From Deltaproteobacteria bacterium RIFOXYD12_FULL_55_16 (GTDB taxonomy: Bacteria; Desulfobacterota; Desulfobulbia; Desulfobulbales; Desulfurivibrionaceae): DNA of 55,093 bases. Positions 54,184 through 55,093 of this stretch are shown piece by piece; position 1 is the first letter of the stretch, and each line of letters begins with the position of its first letter. A model generated the notes under the pieces. The model was not told where the DNA came from. It did not search any database and was given only the letters and a program-made list of their open reading frames with translations. Location: positions 65,024-120,116 of the forward strand of contig MGTC01000035.1 of the NCBI GenBank assembly GCA_001799255.1, read 5' to 3'. A program made the translations under genes and the position numbers.

Positions 54184-54201
54184 CTCTTGGGAGTAAACAG
54201 C

Positions 54202-55035
54202 ATGTGGTCAGCAAAAGACGTGTATTACATCTCGGACAGCACCGGAATATTGGCAACCAATCTGGGTCAGGCCCTGATCTGCCAGTTCCCGGAAATCAAT
54301 TTTCACGAGGAAAGATTCCCCTTTGTCCATAACAGTGAAGAAGCAAAAAAAATTCTGAACTACATCCTGAAAAGATCCTCCGGCAGACGGCCCCTGATTT
54401 TCAGCACCATCATGACCAAGGAAATCCGCGATGTTTTCGATTCCCCGGAGGTGGAGCTTTTTGACGCCTTTGAGATATTCATGACCAGGCTGGAAGGCTG
54501 CCTTGAGGCAAAAGCCCTGGGTGTCCCCGGATTTTCCCGGCATATCGACAACCTGACCATGGCCAAACGGGTCGAGGCCATCCACTACTGCCTGGAACAC
54601 GACGACGGGGTCAACACCCATGAGCTGGACGAGGCCGAGGTCATCCTGCTGGGGGTTTCCCGCTCCGGCAAGACCCCGGTCAGCGTTTATCTGGCCACGC
54701 AGATGGGCCTGAAATCGGCAAACTTCCCCCTCACCGCCGAATATCTTAGGGAATACACCCTGCCGGAGGAAATAATCAGAAACAAAAAACGCGCCATCGG
54801 CCTGACCACCACCCCGGAAGTACTCCATAACGTGCGGGAAAAACGATACGCAGACAGCAACTATGCCAGACGCTCCACCTGCAGTGAAGAGATCCAGACC
54901 GCCGAAACCATCTTTCACAACCACCAGATCCCCATTGTCTCTACGGCGGGCAAATCCATCGAAGAGGTTGCCACCCAGGTTTCCCAGGAGCTGGGCCTTT
55001 CCAGAAAACCGACCTCACTGAACGAACGGGCGTAA
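54202..55035 (+). CDS. ppsR: PEP synthase / pyruvate phosphate dikinase regulatory protein (DUF299)
   Basis: ISDSTG, HDDG, LLGVSRSGKTP.S.YLA, KSIEEVA motifs. Confidence 0.9.
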   Translation: MWSAKDVYYISDSTGILATNLGQALICQFPEINFHEERFPFVHNSEEAKKILNYILKRSSGRRPLIFSTIMTKEIRDVFDSPEVELFDAFEIFMTRLEGCLEAKALGVPGFSRHIDNLTMAKRVEAIHYCLEHDDGVNTHELDEAEVILLGVSRSGKTPVSVYLATQMGLKSANFPLTAEYLREYTLPEEIIRNKKRAIGLTTTPEVLHNVREKRYADSNYARRSTCSEEIQTAETIFHNHQIPIVSTAGKSIEEVATQVSQELGLSRKPTSLNERA

Positions 55036-55093
55036 GGTTTTTTTGCAAAATGGCAGCAATCCAACCAGGCCCCCCCCCCCCCCCCCCCCCCCC

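Noticed and set aside
55070-55093. Terminal poly-C run
   Set aside because: At the sequence end; most likely a sequencing or assembly artefact
1-55093. tRNA, rRNA, transposase, integrase or prophage genes
   Set aside because: None recognised by eye; a tRNAscan/Infernal run would be needed to exclude small RNAs fully

Overview
GC-rich Desulfobacterota-type (deltaproteobacterial) DNA dominated by extracellular electron transfer genes. Two co-oriented (minus-strand) multiheme-cytochrome clusters of parallel design flank a regulatory block. Cluster 1 (about 9.5-25.3 kb) is a recognisable OmcS nanowire locus with omcS-companion-type genes: NHL protein, omcS, YVTN lipoprotein, beta-barrel, PelC/CsgG-like lipoprotein, SurA/PpiC-like chaperone, 26- and 16-heme cytochromes, NHL protein and a second OmcS-like hexaheme. 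Glycosylation/polysaccharide genes follow it. Cluster 2 (about 37.4-53.7 kb) repeats the design with very divergent parts. Its OmcS-like hexaheme keeps all six distal His, including the cross-subunit His16 equivalent. It also has a second OmcS-like hexaheme, a 9+1-heme cytochrome, three NHL proteins, a TolB-like protein, a beta-barrel, two lipoproteins and one 42-heme cytochrome that looks like an in-register fusion of the 26- and 16-heme pair. Each cluster has a sigma54 promoter and a GEMM-I riboswitch directly before its main hexaheme, and a stem-loop directly after it. Each also has a neighbouring CxxCH-containing histidine kinase/sigma54 activator pair. Cluster 2 is the best candidate for an undescribed second cytochrome-nanowire system. 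Also present: a UGA-selenocysteine Rdx/SelW-family gene and a partial C-methyltransferase (both missing from the ORF track), and several families of short dispersed repeats. Heme counts are manual CxxCH counts. Family assignments come from motif recognition and recall, not database searches.
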